From contig JAWMAR010000350.1 of the NCBI GenBank assembly GCA_036785375.1, positions 1,302,001-1,366,000 on the forward strand: a stretch of DNA of 64,000 bases, given 5' to 3'. Numbering within the stretch: position 1 is the stretch's first letter; the number at the start of each line of letters is the position of its first letter. Position numbers and translations under genes: made by a program. Positions 50,166-62,331 of the stretch are shown here, in pieces. The notes under the pieces are model-generated. The model was not told the DNA's origin. It ran no database searches and saw nothing but the letters and a program-made list of their open reading frames with translations. The stretch is from Leucoraja ocellata (taxonomy: Eukaryota).

Positions 50166-50817
50166 ATGTTGGGTTATGATGACTTGGAGGCCTATGAAGA
50201 TGAGCTGTATCACGAGGAATCTTCTAGTGAGGCAGAAATTGATAGTGAAGTGGAGTTCCAGTTATACAGTCAAGTACATTATGCAAATAATATTAATGAA
50301 GCGAAGATGGATGGAAAGAGGGACACAGTTGCTATAAATCCCCATATCACTTCAGTTGAAGATAAAGCAAAGCATTCAAGAAAAAGCAAAGAGCAAATTA
50401 TTTTGACTGATAGTGATGTTGTAGTCATTTCAGATAGCCCTGATGTCATAGTTTTGTCAGACTCTGAATGCGATGATAGTGTTTATACACACAAGGATGC
50501 TAAACCCTCAGAATGTTACCTTAAGCAAAACAAAGAACAGTCCATGGGTGAACGTGCACCTGGATCAGACCGCTATTCAAATCATTCAACATCAAGCATG
50601 AATAGATTGGCTGAAATGCAGACATTAAACGAAAGGATGGGCAGAACATGTCAACAGATCCAAGAGGGAACAACGATGGAAGAGAGTGGAAGTTCTGGAA
50701 CAGAAAGTGATGATGCGATAGAGAATTGGATGGTTCTGGGAAATGATAAGGAAGAAAACGATGATGACAACATTCAGCTCAATATTGTAGATTGTGAAGC
50801 ACCGAGGAACAAAGGAG
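50166..50817 (+). CDS. ZCCHC7: Zcchc7 first coding exon (zinc finger CCHC-type 7, Air1/2-like TRAMP subunit); exon 50146-50817
   Basis: MLGYDDLEAYEDELYHEESSSEAEIDSEVEFQLYSQVHYA matches the vertebrate ZCCHC7 N-terminus. SIM-like VVVISD/VIVLSD and an 'IENWMVLG...DDNIQLN' motif follow. Acceptor cacag|50146, phase-1 donor GGAG|gtatga. Head-to-head synteny with Pax5. Confidence 0.92.
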
Positions 50818-52644
50818 GTATGAATTTTTACTCATCAAAATGCACAGTTGAATGTAATCATAACAAGTATTTCTGCTTTGTGAAATAATTATATTTTTCT
50901 TCCCAAAGTGAAAAGACAATAAAAGGTGAACCTTGTTGCCCATTAAGCTAATCCACGCAATGCTTCTGGCCAGTTATACAGACAAATCTGCAAACTAACT
51001 GCTGAAATTGCCAAAGGAAGATTTTTGCACTGGTGGAATTCCAAACCAGGCATTGATTCTTATAATGAGAAACTAAATGTAATGATGAGTCCATTTGTAA
51101 GTTTGACATTTCAGATTAGATGAAGTTCAGTAACCGCATGAAATATAAAGGCTAAAAAAAATGCAATGAACAAGAGGATTAGTTGAGGTTATTAACGTGT
51201 TAATTGGGGTAATCAGTGGAGTGCATTCAGATATATTATAAAGTCCATTTTTAGATGCCATTCTACATTCTAGACGCAACCGCACACAAACAAACAATAT
51301 ATTTGGATACCTGGATATAGATAGTGTACTGTCTCTACTCGCCTACACCGTGGTTCAATAACGCCGTTCTCACTAAAACACTAGGGACGGTGCCTCTTTC
51401 TAGGACTTGCCTATACAACACTAAACCAAAATAATGCAAAACCTAAAAGCAGAAATCTTAAAAACAGAAAAACAGTAGTTCTAAGCTTAACCAAGCTGCT
51501 GTACATTCTTTCATCAACTAATCGACCTGATTGGTTACAAAAAATGTATTTGCCGGGGGATGGGCAGTTGGAAAGAAAGAGAAGATATCAAGGGCAGCAG
51601 GAATTAAAACATACTTATTTAATTCTAGTGTCAGCACCTAACTAAGATGATCTTTCCTACACCCTCTATTCTCTCATTGAACTTTTTTTTGTTGGTAGCC
51701 AGTATTTGTTTTGAACAGGATCCTGTGAACATCTTTCCTTCCAAGTGTCATAGGCCTTTTGTAAAACAATAATTCTACATAGAATGAAGCGCATAGCGTG
51801 AAGAATATGTCTGACTGGATAACTTAAAACTTCTCATCTATGATTTAGTTTGTTTGCTAAGTGGGTTCTGATTATTCACTGGCTTTGCTTGATTTTCAAA
51901 GTGGAAAAGCTCGGGAAACCTTAAACTTGAGAACATTGGAAAAGGAGTTTTGCAATTGGACAGACAACTGGGCTGTTTCTGGATTTGGTGGTACTGAGGA
52001 CTGAATGCTTGGTAGAACTTTGGAAGGAGTTCTGTTATGAGGGGCAACTGAAGATGGGGATGTCTCTATGCGAGAGAAGATGGAACATTTCAGTTAGAGC
52101 AAATACAGACTGAGTCTGGGTTAGGCACATCTAATTTATGAGCACTGCTCATACAAATGAGCTGCCATAATATTATTAAATTCAAAATCTCACCTATGTA
52201 CCTACAGAACGTATCCTCGCTTTTTAAGTAATTGTGCTTTCTTATCAATCTTATTTGTTTTTGATGTAATTCATTGCAACAACAGAGATATAGTTACCAT
52301 ATTGAATGGTATTTCTGCATGGACTTACGAACAATATCGACATATGACATATATAAAAATGGAGCTTGTTTGTTACCAGGGCACAGTCTGTACATTTGAG
52401 CAGCACAGTGGCCCAATTAAGTGGTTGGATTAATAAAAGTGTAATTGGTTGCTGTTATAGCAGTCTGAAGGAAAGTGGTGGAAATAGAAATAGACAGGTG
52501 TGTCATAGAAATTAATCCTCATGAAAAGTATACCTCTTCAAGAAAATATTGTCTTGGTGTTCTATTAGTGTAACATCAATTTTATGTAACGGTATTTCAT
52601 AGAGATGTTTAATTGTGTTATCGGAATTTAAAATAGCAACAAAA

Positions 52645-53100
52645 CTTAACATAGAACAAAGAAGAATAAAACACAGGAATTGGTCCTTCAGACTGCAATG
52701 TCTGCAATGAACATGATGCCAAGACCAACTCTTATTTGCCTGCAACATAATCTATATCCCTCCATTCCCCACATATCCATCTGCTTATCCAAAAGTATCT
52801 TAAATGCCGCTATGGTACCTGCCTCCACCACCACCCTGGCTGTGCTTTCCAGGGACCCACTGTGTGGGGAAATAAAAAAACTTGCCCTGTACATCTCCTT
52901 TAAAGTTTGGCTCTATCACTTTGCAGCTATGCCATCTAGTATTAAATATTCCATCCTTGAAAAAAGTATTTCACTGTCAACCCTATCTATGCCTCGTAAT
53001 TTCTTATACTACCATCAGGTTTCATGACCTCCATCGTTCCAGAGAAACCAGTCCAAATCTGCAACTTCTCCCTGTATTTAAAACGCTCTATTCCAGGCAA
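52645..53100 (-). mobile_element. CR1 3' fragment
   Basis: Minus peptide VVEAGTIAAFKILLDKQMDMWGMEGY is a typical CR1 ORF2 end. Tail 'aacatagaacaaag'. Confidence 0.7.
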
Positions 53101-53284
53101 TGTCCTGAGATGGAGAAGGAGGTTGTGACGAGGTCCTTGAAGAACATTGAAGTGGACAAGTCCCAAAGGCCTGATGGGATCTGTCCCACGTTATTGAGGG
53201 AGGCAATAAAGAAAATTGCAGGGGGTGGGGGGGGGGGGGAGGGTGGCCTTCACGAGGATCTTTGTTTCTTCTCTTGCCACAGTT

Positions 53285-54680
53285 GAGATTGGGGGCTACG
53301 GAAGGCACATCAGTGTTCTCCCTATCAAAGCGTGCGTAAAACGCATTGAGCTCGTCAGGGAGTGATGCTTCGCTGACATTTGAGCTGCCTCCTGATTTCG
53401 CATTCAAGCCCTGCCACAGTTGCCGAACATCCATCTCATCCTCCAGCTTGGAGCAGAAGTCCCTTTTGGCCTTTTTGATGGCCTTACCAAGGTCGTATCT
53501 GGACTTCTTGTAGACCTCTGTATCTCCAGACCTGAATGCCCGGGATCTAGTCTTCAGAAGAATGCGGATCTCATGGTTCATTCAAGGCTTCTGGTTAGGA
53601 AACACTCGGAAGATTTTTGTTGGGATGCAGTCCACTACACACATTTCTTTATGAAGTCTGTAACGACTGTGATGTATTCATTCAGGTCTGTTGCCGAGTC
53701 CCTGAACATTGCCCAGTCTACAGACTCCAAACAGTCCTGGAGTTGTTCCTCTGCCCACCCCCGACCATCTCTGTACAGTCCTCACCTCTGGGGGTGCGCT
53801 CTTGACTTGCTGCCTGGAAGAAGCAGCACAGCAGTATGGTCGGATTTACCGAAGTGCGGGCGAGGGATAGAGCGATAGGTGTATTTGATGGTCGTGTAGC
53901 AGTGGCCGAGGGTATTTGGTCCTCTGGTGCTGCAGGAGACATGTTGGTGGAAGTTACATGTTGGCAGACGCCCCCTCCTCTCCCTTTCCCAGATGCCAGT
54001 GTACGGTCCATGCGATGGATGAAGATGTCTTCAGGCTGGACTGCTGAGTGGGGAGCTGGGGGTGAGCCATGTCTCTGTGAAACAGAACACAGAGCATTCC
54101 CTCAGTTCCCTTTGGTGAAGCAGCCTTGCCCTTAAGTCCTCCACTTTATTTTCAAGGAATTGTACATTGGCCAGTAAGATGGTAGGGAGAGGAGGCCGAA
54201 GTCTCCTGCGCTTCATTCTGACCTGAAGTCCTGCCCGTTGGCCACGTTTCCGGACACAATGGAGGCCTCTCCGTTGTTTCCAGGTACTGTACGTACTGTA
54301 CCTGCTGTTTCTGCGAGCCTGTGCTGGAAGGGGGATTCCCTTGCAGACGGCAGGTCCGTTGCGATCGGGGGTTCCCAAACAGTCGGCATCTCCAGCTCCG
54401 TCGCTCCTGGGAGGACTTCCCAGTGTTTCCATGTACAGTACGTGTGATCCTCAGTCGGGTCGGGTGTTCTCCAGCGTTCGAGGGATCGCTTACAGTCGGG
54501 GGCTCCCGCAGCTGCAGGAGATTGAGACATCGCTAGTGCCTTAAAGTGCACTAGCAGCATGTCCGTTATGGCGCTGATTTCTGCAGTTTCTCTGATCCAG
54601 GTGAGTTGAGTGAAGCTATAATTAATCTCTTCTGTTGAGCTGCTGGCAAATTGTCACCATCACTGGCAGGCGCCATCTTC
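53285..54680 (-). mobile_element. Rex1/Babar-like LINE 5' part (5'UTR, APE endonuclease, linker), frameshifted and internally deleted
   Basis: Peptides RPPLPTILLANVQFLENKVEDLRARL...FCFTETWL, DRTLASGKGRGGGVC, PHFGKSDHTAVLLLP and RAFRSGDTEVYKKSRYDLGKAIKKAKR...LWQGL...LPDELNAFYARFD. The 5' end starts AAGATGGCGCC. Confidence 0.85.
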
Positions 54681-54982
54681 AGTTGCAGCCTTACGGAACT
54701 TTCAGTTGCATAGACCCGGATTTGATCACGACTAAGGGTGCTGTCCATACACGGTTTGTACGTTCTTCCCGAGATCGCGTGGGTTTTCTCCGAGATCTTT
54801 GGTTTCCTCCCACACTCCAACAATGTACAGGTTTGTAGGTTAATTGGCTTTCTATTTGAAAAAATGAAAGTTGTGCCTAGTGTATGTAGGATAGTGTTAA
54901 TGTGCGGAAATCGCTGGTCAGCATGGACTAGGTGGGCCGAAGGGCCTATTTACGCACTGTATCTCTAAAAACTAAAATGAAA
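54681..54982 (+). mobile_element. V-SINE (HE1-like)
   Basis: 'gacccggatttgatcacgactaagggtgctgtc', V-domain 'gtgggttttctccgagatctttggtttcctcccacactccaa', tail 'gggccgaagggcctatttacgcactgtatctctaaaactaaaa'. Confidence 0.82.
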
Positions 54983-55022
54983 CTGCATGTGGTATCTCAA
55001 TGCTGCCTACCCAAAGCTCGAA

Positions 55023-57100
55023 AAACATAGAAACATAGAAATTAGGTGCAGGAGTAGGCCATTCGGCCCTTCGAGCCTGCACCGCCATTCAATATGATCA
55101 TGGCTGATCATCCAACTCAGCATCCCGTACCTGCCTTCTCTCCATACCCTCCGATCCCCTTAGCCATAAAGCTGCATCATGACTTCTTGACTCTTGTATT
55201 CAATGCCCCGACCAATGAAAGCAAGAATACCATATGCCTTCTTTGCCGCTATCTCCCAGGTACTTGTTTTGCCACTTTCAGGGAGTTATGGAGTTGGTCC
55301 CTAAAGCCCCTGCCCCACTTAGGAGACCAAAACAGCAACCTCTGGTGACCTTGCCCACCACCCAAGGTTTTCATGAGGTCGCCAGAGGTTTTGGTCACTC
55401 TCCCTAATGGTCGAAAGTGGTTTCCGCGTGGCCGAGGCTTCATCTAGGTTGCTGCAATTTTTTCATCATGATTAAAACCAGCCTCACCTAAAAATAATAT
55501 TTTTGTTGCAGGTCTAGTCGAAGCTGGTTTTCTTCATAGTCAATGAAGGTTTTCAACATATGTGTGGGAGGTGGTAGGACGTTGCAGGTCACCTTGACCT
55601 TGATTTTTTTTTTTGGATGACGGGCAAGGTCACCAGAGGTTGCTGTTTAGGTCTCCTAAGTGGGACAGGGGCTTAAGATCCTCTATATATCAAAGCTGTT
55701 AGGGATAATGACATTCATTATATATTTTCCCCTTTCATTTGACCTCCTGAATGCAGCACCTCACACTTGTTCAAATTAAACTCTATCTGCCATTTCTGTG
55801 CCCGTTCCTGTAGCTGATCTATATCCCACCATATACTTTAATAGCCTTGCTCACTGTACCTGATCCCAGCAATCTTGGTATCATCTGCAAACTTGCTAGC
55901 CAACCCATTTACATTTATGTTCAAGTCATTTGTATGTATGAAAACAACAGAGATTGCAGCATAAATCCTGCCGAATTCCACTAGTCATACATGCCTGACA
56001 TTATCCTTCCAACACAACCTTCTGCCTTTTTGTCTTCTATCAGTAAGCCAGTTATGAATTTATATGACAAAGTCACTGTTAATCCCATCCATCTTAATCT
56101 TCTGGAACTGCCAACCATGGAGGAATTAATCAAATGCCAAATCTACCATCCACTGCATACCCTCATCAATCACATTTGTCACCTTCTCAAAACGTAATCA
56201 AATTAGTAAAACAGCTGATCAATATCCCATTGGATGCTTTGTTAGCCTTCTTCACAGTCCACAACCGGCGTGTATAAAGTCATGCTGATTATCCATATTT
56301 CGCCAATTCCTCTTCCAAACAGTAAATCCTATCCAGAAGAATCCTCCAACAGTTTGCCTACTACTTTCATGAGGCTCTTTGGAATATAATTCCCCAGATT
56401 CTCTCTACTTAAAGAAAGGAAGAATATTAGCTACTCTCCAGTTCTACGGGATCTCATCTGTGGCTAGCGAAGATGCAAAGATATTCATCAAGGCTCCTAT
56501 AAACCCCTTTTCTTGCCTCTCTCTATAACATGGCATCAATCCCATCAGGCCCAGGCAATTTAACCACCTTGCTACTTTTCAAGAGTTTGCAGCACTTGGA
56601 CTTTTCATGAGCCCCAATACCATCTCCTTCTTAATCTCAAACTTCCCTTGCATATTAAGAGTGTCACTGTTTTCCATGTCCTTTTCCTTGGTGAATACAG
56701 GTGCAAAGTACTTGTTTAAAACATCCCTGACTTCAAGCACTAATTCCCTCTCTTATCCTTGAGCAGTCCAACCTTTTCCCTTGTTGCCCTCTTGTTTTTA
56801 ATGTAGGAATAAAATGCCTTGGGATTTTCTTTAATCCAACTCGCCAAAGCATGAGTTCTTTCCTCTGCTTTGTATTCCCCAAAGGTTTTGTCTTATTTAA
56901 TATTATTAAACCTTGCATAAGCTGCCTTTTTCTTTTTGACTAAATTTACAACCTCTTTGTGCATCCAAGTCTCCTCACCTGTCACCATCATTATCTCTCC
57001 TCCTTGCTGGAACATGCCCTTCAATGTTGCGCTGCCAGCTGTGACCTCTCGCAACCACGTTTTCGAAATGGCCATGACTTCATAGTTCTAAGCACTGATT
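55023..57100 (-). mobile_element. CR1 fragments (young 3' tail at 55023-55167, older body beyond), interrupted by a MITE
   Basis: (AAACATAG)2 tail plus 'ggtgcaggagtaggccattcggcccttcgagcc'. 'tcttggtatcatctgcaaactt' reads KFADDTK on minus. MAISKTWL endonuclease remnant near 57050. Confidence 0.7.
55305..55673. mobile_element. PIF/Harbinger-type MITE, family 2 (369 bp)
   Basis: TAA|AGCCCCTGCCCCACTTAGGAGACC...GGTCTCCTAAGTGGGACAGGGGCT|TAA. 52-bp TIRs with 2 mismatches. Confidence 0.88.
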
Positions 57101-57615
57101 TAGGCTCTAAGTTCTCTAAACTTGGAAACTTTTCTTTGTTTTTGTTTGATACATGCTGCTAATTGCCGATAATAGTGTTCTCTGTTTTGAAATAATATTT
57201 CAGAAAGCATTGAGAAAGATGATAGCTTGGAGCTAAAATGATGACTGGCACAAATAACCATACACAAATGGAAACAAAATGGGCTTCTAATTGCTGCATT
57301 GCATTGCATCCTTTCAGTAATATTCTCCTTGGTCGCCTTTTTTCGCCTTGCATCACAGTGAGGAATGTGGAGGAGTCACTGGTGGATGTTTATGTTAAAA
57401 TGTATTTTGTGTGTTCTGTTGCTTTTTATTAGTATGACTGTATGGCAAATCAAATTCCTCTTATGTTGTAAAACATACTTGGCTGATAAAGTAAGTTTGA
57501 GTTCTGCCACCTCACCATCTTGGCTTTTGAAAGCCGTTTTCAAGACTTGTTTTCTCTCTTTCCCAGTTTTGATGAAGGGTCCTAGATCTGAAATAGACAC
57601 AAAAAGCTAGAGTAA

Positions 57616-58110
57616 AGGGCCTGTCCCACCAGCATGCGATTGCATGCATCTAGCGCGATCAAACGGAAGCAGAGTACGCGGTAAGTAAGCGCAAAATTCG
57701 CGCGTTACGTAATTTACGTCATACTCACCAATCAGCTGGGCAGGAGGCGGGCCGACTGAATTTGGACGTCGCACGGCGTCGGGCGGTGACGTCATCGCGC
57801 AACGGCATGCCGGGCAGTGACGTCATCGCGCAACGCCACGCGCTAGGCGTACGCGTCAAGATGCTGCGTACGATGTCAAGATGCTGCGTATGCCGTCAAG
57901 ACGCTGTGTACACCCTCAATGCGCCTGCGGGCCGACAGGCCGTTGGCGTGCAGAATTTTTGGACAGTGCAAGATTGTCGGGACCAGCCCCGCACAACTCC
58001 ATACGCCTCCGCGGTTCGAAGTGGGACCGGCCCCGCGAGGCCGTACGCCACAAGCGACCACGTTTGGTCGCGCTAGACGCATGCAATCGCATGCTGGTGG
58101 GACAGGCCCT
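57616..58110. mobile_element. PIF/Harbinger-type MITE, family 3 (495 bp, CpG-rich)
   Basis: TAA|AGGGCCTGTCCCACCAGCATGCGATTGCATGC...GCATGCAATCGCATGCTGGTGGGACAGGCCCT|TAA. 50-bp TIRs with 2 mismatches. Splits the repeat 'gctagagtaa|ctcagag'. Confidence 0.9.
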
Positions 58111-58446
58111 TAACTCAGAGGGATAGGCAGCATCTCTGGAGAGAAGGAATGGGTGACGTTTCGTGCTAGATCTGAAATGTTAGCTGCATAACTTTCCACA
58201 GCTGCCGCCTGCCTCACTGAGTGTTTCCAGCATGTTCTAGTTTTATAATAAACAGAATGGTTACATTCTGAGCTGCATAGTTTCATTTTATGATTCAACG
58301 GTTGATAAAAATTATGGTTTATCCATTAGCTTGTGATTTTTAGCAAAATGATTTTTGGGTATTGTCAGAAAGATCCAGTTTTTTTCAGATTTTAATTATC
58401 AAGAAAGTTTAAAATAAATTAATATCAATTATTATTCATAAAACCA

Positions 58447-58620
58447 AGGAACTGCAAATGCTGGTTTACAAATGTAGTGGGGTGATTACAAAACAACAAA
58501 TAAAGACACAAAGTGCTGCAGTAACTCACCAGGTCAGGCGACATCTCTGGAGAACATAGTTAAGTGACATTTCAGGTCGGAACCCTGACCCATTGAGTTA
58601 TTCCAGAACGTTGTGCCTTT
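58447..58620. mobile_element. Penelope terminal-repeat-derived element
   Basis: 'aaggaactgcaaatgctggtttac...gacacaaagtgctgcagtaactca..ggtcaggcgacatctctggaga...gtgacatttcaggtcgg'. Confidence 0.65.
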
Positions 58621-58907
58621 TTAACGTTTTTTTCTTTCCTATTTACCTCTCTTGAAGCAAAATGATTTCTTTGCTTGATTGCATGTTGCATCCTTGTGAA
58701 TTTTCAGGTGATTGGATAAGGAAATCTGTTGGTTTCTGTATTTAATACAGTCCCTTAACGAGGGGTCCTCTTTGTTTTAAAGGGTCCATGATTCAAAGTT
58801 TACACACAAACGCCGAGAAAAAGTGTGTATACCACGCGCTATAAATATTTATTAAATTACCACTCAGCCTGATTGTAGTAGGGGAGGGAATGCTGCAAGC
58901 GAGGTCG

Positions 58908-59385
58908 CCTTAAAAATATCTATTGACTTAGCCTCCACAGCTGCTTGTGGCAATGAATATCACAGATTCATCTCCATATGACTAAAGACATTCCTCCTCA
59001 TCTCCTTTTTTAAAGGTATGTAATTTTATTCTGCAGTTATGGCCTCTGGTGATAGGCACTCCCACTAGTGGAAACATCCTCTCCACATCCACTCTATCCT
59101 TGCCTTTCACTATTCGGTACCCACAACAGGTCCCTCCTCATCCTTTTAAACTCCAGCGCGTACAGGCCCAGTGCCATTAAAAGCTCATCATATGTTAACC
59201 CAATAATTTGTTGCATTATTCCTCTGGACCCTCTCCAACGCCAGCACATCCTTCCTCACATTTGGGGTCCAAAACTGCTCACAATACTCCAGATGTGGTC
59301 TGACCAATGCCTTATAAAGCCTCAGCATTACTTCCCTGTTTTTATATTCTCGTCTTCTTGAAATAAATGCTACCTTGCATTTGCC
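58908..59385 (-). mobile_element. CR1 RT C-terminal fragment
   Basis: Minus peptide [43 protein letters not shown]. Confidence 0.85.
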
Positions 59386-60067
59386 TTCTGTTCTACAGAA
59401 TGATCTAACTTTACTTTGTGTTGTCCATGAGGCAAATATCTTGCTATCCATAGTTGCTAAATGTTTGAGCAACAATAATTCTGATTTGTGTTGCTTTATT
59501 TTAAATTATAGTTAACATTAGATTTTGTGGATAGAGGATGGATAGCTTCTTCTTCTTGCGTAGGACATGCACAGCCTAAAGTTGTAGGACAACTTGTTCT
59601 ATTTGATCTTATTTGATTGTGCAAGCCAGGTTGCATTCGTCGAACAAGGCTGACCACGTGAAGGTTGCAATCTTCCACCACGATTCCAGCTCACGATTCT
59701 GGATGGCCCTTCAGAAGTAACATGTGACTTTCCTAATGCATTCTATCTAGCCTGCAAGGTGTTTTAAATTATTTGGTGAATGGTTTGACTGAGCAGCCAG
59801 GTAATTTGGATAGCTGCGCACTAAGCACTTTATTGGGCTAGATACCATCCCATTTACCACATTACCCATTTCTTCATCTGGTTTTAGTACTGACTTAGTT
59901 CTTCTGCATTAGAAAATAATAACACAATTAAATTTTGCTACTGTTATTACAATCGCTAGAAGGTGCATAGAAAATAGATTCCTTGTTTAGTGCAAAGCAA
60001 GGAAAGTTTGAGAATAAGTTTCATTCATTGAAACGAGAAGATTTCCATTGTTATTTGAAATGTTTTT

Positions 60068-60262
60068 ATTTTAGAAATACAGCGTGGACACCAGCCCTTC
60101 GGCTCACAAGTCCATTCTGACAAGTGATCACCCATCTACTAATTCTATCCTACACACTAGGGACAATTACCAGAAGCCAATTAACCGACAAACTTGCATG
60201 CCTTTGGAACGTGGGAAGAAACCGGAGCTCCCAGAGAAAACCCACACAGTTACAGGGAGAAC
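60068..60262 (-). mobile_element. V-SINE fragment
   Basis: 'aatacagcgtggacaccagcccttcggctcac...gccaattaaccgacaaac...gtgggaagaaaccggagctcccagagaaaacccacacagttacagggaga'. Confidence 0.75.
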
Positions 60263-61710
60263 TGTGCCGCCGACTGTGTCTAAACAATGTGGACATTTTT
60301 CTTGAAATAAATAGTAATCTATTTACTACCACCCAGATATTTCAGTTTAAAAAAAAAACAATTGTCACCCTATTGATCTACTAATGATAAATAGCAATAT
60401 AATGGACGTTGGCATCAACAGTTCTGTTAAGCAACACCTCTCATTAATACTACTTAGATTATTGCTGAATTTTGTTCTGTGAGCTGGTTCAGTTTGGGTT
60501 TTTTCTGGATTATTTGACCAGTAAAATCTAAGAGCAAAGTTCCAGAGCTGATGTGATAGTGATGGTTGTTGATATAATGACAGGATTATACCATGTAATT
60601 ATACCATGTACCATATTATGAAGCCTGATAAGATGCTGGAAATCGAAAGGAAAATACCTAACTGAGGGTAGCATTGGCAGATGGTGTGTTTGGGTGAAAA
60701 GCGATGGTGATTAGCTCCAGGCAATAGATTTGTGGTGGTGAGTTGTAAGAGAGAATTTTGAGTGAGAATCCTATAAAACGACACCCAAATTGGGTGTGCA
60801 GGTTTCCAGCACCAAAATCTATGGATTGTGTGGGAAGATTGATTTTAAGTAGCACTGAAGTCACACATTGTAATTTCATGAGCCACACTACAGAAGTGAT
60901 TCTTGTGGGATTTAATGCCATTGAGCATGCTCTCCATGCCTTAGCACTTCAAATATTCAGAGGAACCAATAGGAAAATCTCAGAGTTCATGAAGTGTTTA
61001 ATGTCGCCAATTTTCTTCAGCCTAGATCTTACAGTACAATAATGGTGCAATAACTTATTCATATTAGAAAAAATAAGAAACTTTTTACGATTGCGAGTGA
61101 CAGTTTTAGAACAAGATGATCAGCGAGTGGGTGTCAGAGCTATTGACCATACTTCCTCCCACGCTACTTCTTGGAAGGATCCGATTCCATTCTTCCAGCT
61201 CCTCTGCTCAGTCTTAGCTGTTTCACAAAATCTTCCCATTGCTGTCTGTGGGATATCTTCCTTTCCCCACAAACATGACTTCTTTAGCAATGTTGACAGA
61301 GACCATGACCATGTCCCATCCATTTCCCAAAGCTCTGGTCCACCACCACTCCACGACAATGACCATGCTCCCATGGTATTCACCTTCATGGTAAATCCCC
61401 AGGGCCTGATAGTCTGCATCCCAAGAGTACTCAAGGAGGTGGCCCAAGAAATCATTGGTGATCATTTTCCAATGTTCTCTCAAATCAGTTCCTGTGGACT
61501 GGAGGGAAGCCAATGTAACTCCACTTTTTAAGAAAGGAAGGAGAGAGAAAATGGGGAATTATAAACCCCGTTTAGTCTCACATCGGTAATGGGGAAGATG
61601 CTTGAGTCGATTATTAAAGATGTTATGGCAGCCCATTTGGAAAGCAGTAGCATGGATTTATGAAGGTGAAATCATGCTTGACTAATCTTCTGGAATTTTT
61701 TGAGATGTAA

Positions 61711-62031
61711 AACCCCTGTCCTACGGTACGAGTTCATACCAAGAGTTCTCCCGAGTTTGCCCCTGATTTGAATTCAGACATTTACGGTAATGGCCACTTG
61801 TCAGTACTCAGGGCTCTCGTGGACATTTCTCATCATGTTGAAAATTCTTCACGAGTCTTCCCGTGCTTACCTGCCGTTAGTGAGTCTTCCCGAGTACCTG
61901 CCGTTAGCGCTAAGAGACGTCCCCGACCTCCGACGTACCCGCTACCTTCATTCTCCGTGCTTACCACGAGTTTGATTATTTTTAAACTCGGGAGAGCTCT
62001 TGGAATGAACTCGCACCGTGGGACAGGGCTA
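61711..62031. mobile_element. PIF/Harbinger-type MITE, family 4 (321 bp)
   Basis: TAA|AACCCCTGTCCTACGGTACGAGTTCAT...ATGAACTCGCACCGTGGGACAGGGCTA|TAA. Imperfect TIRs of about 48 bp. Splits CR1 'gatgtaa|caagtagaatgg'. Confidence 0.85.
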
Positions 62032-62331
62032 TAACAAGTAGAATGGATAAGGGAGAGCCAGTGGATGTGGTGCATCTAGACTTTCAAAAAACCTTTGACA
62101 AGGTCCCACACAAGAGATTAGTGTGCAAAATTAGAGCACATGATATTGGGTATTGACATGGATAGAGAACGGATTGGCAGACAGGAAGCAAAGAGTAGGA
62201 ATTAACGGGTCCTTTTCAGAATGGCAGGCAGTGACTAATTGGGGTGCCGCAACGCTCGGTGCTAGGATCCCAGTTATTTACAATATATATTAAAGATTTA
62301 GACGAGGGAATTAAATGTGATATTTCCAAGT

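Noticed and set aside
50818-50888. C-terminal tail of the 240-aa Zcchc7 ORF (GMNFYSSK...FVK)
   Set aside because: Lies beyond a good GGAG|gtatga donor and is intronic read-through. The zinc-knuckle exons are outside the window.
51270-51490. CpG-containing, A/C-skewed segment in an otherwise CpG-poor intron
   Set aside because: Probably a fragment of an unrecognised repeat. No termini, TSD, ORF or RNA structure that I can support.
57780-57915. CRISPR-like or other prokaryotic repeat-spacer array
   Set aside because: Only 2-3 adjacent short repeats without unique spacers, inside a MITE in a vertebrate intron. No cas genes.
58700-58745. Possible next Zcchc7 exon after ttttcag|
   Set aside because: The phase-compatible frame (DWIRKSVGFCI*) stops quickly, does not resemble ZCCHC7, and has no convincing donor.
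58745-58912. Possible TTAA-flanked (Kolobok- or piggyBac-like) element
   Set aside because: TTAA sites are present, but I could not find matching inverted termini.
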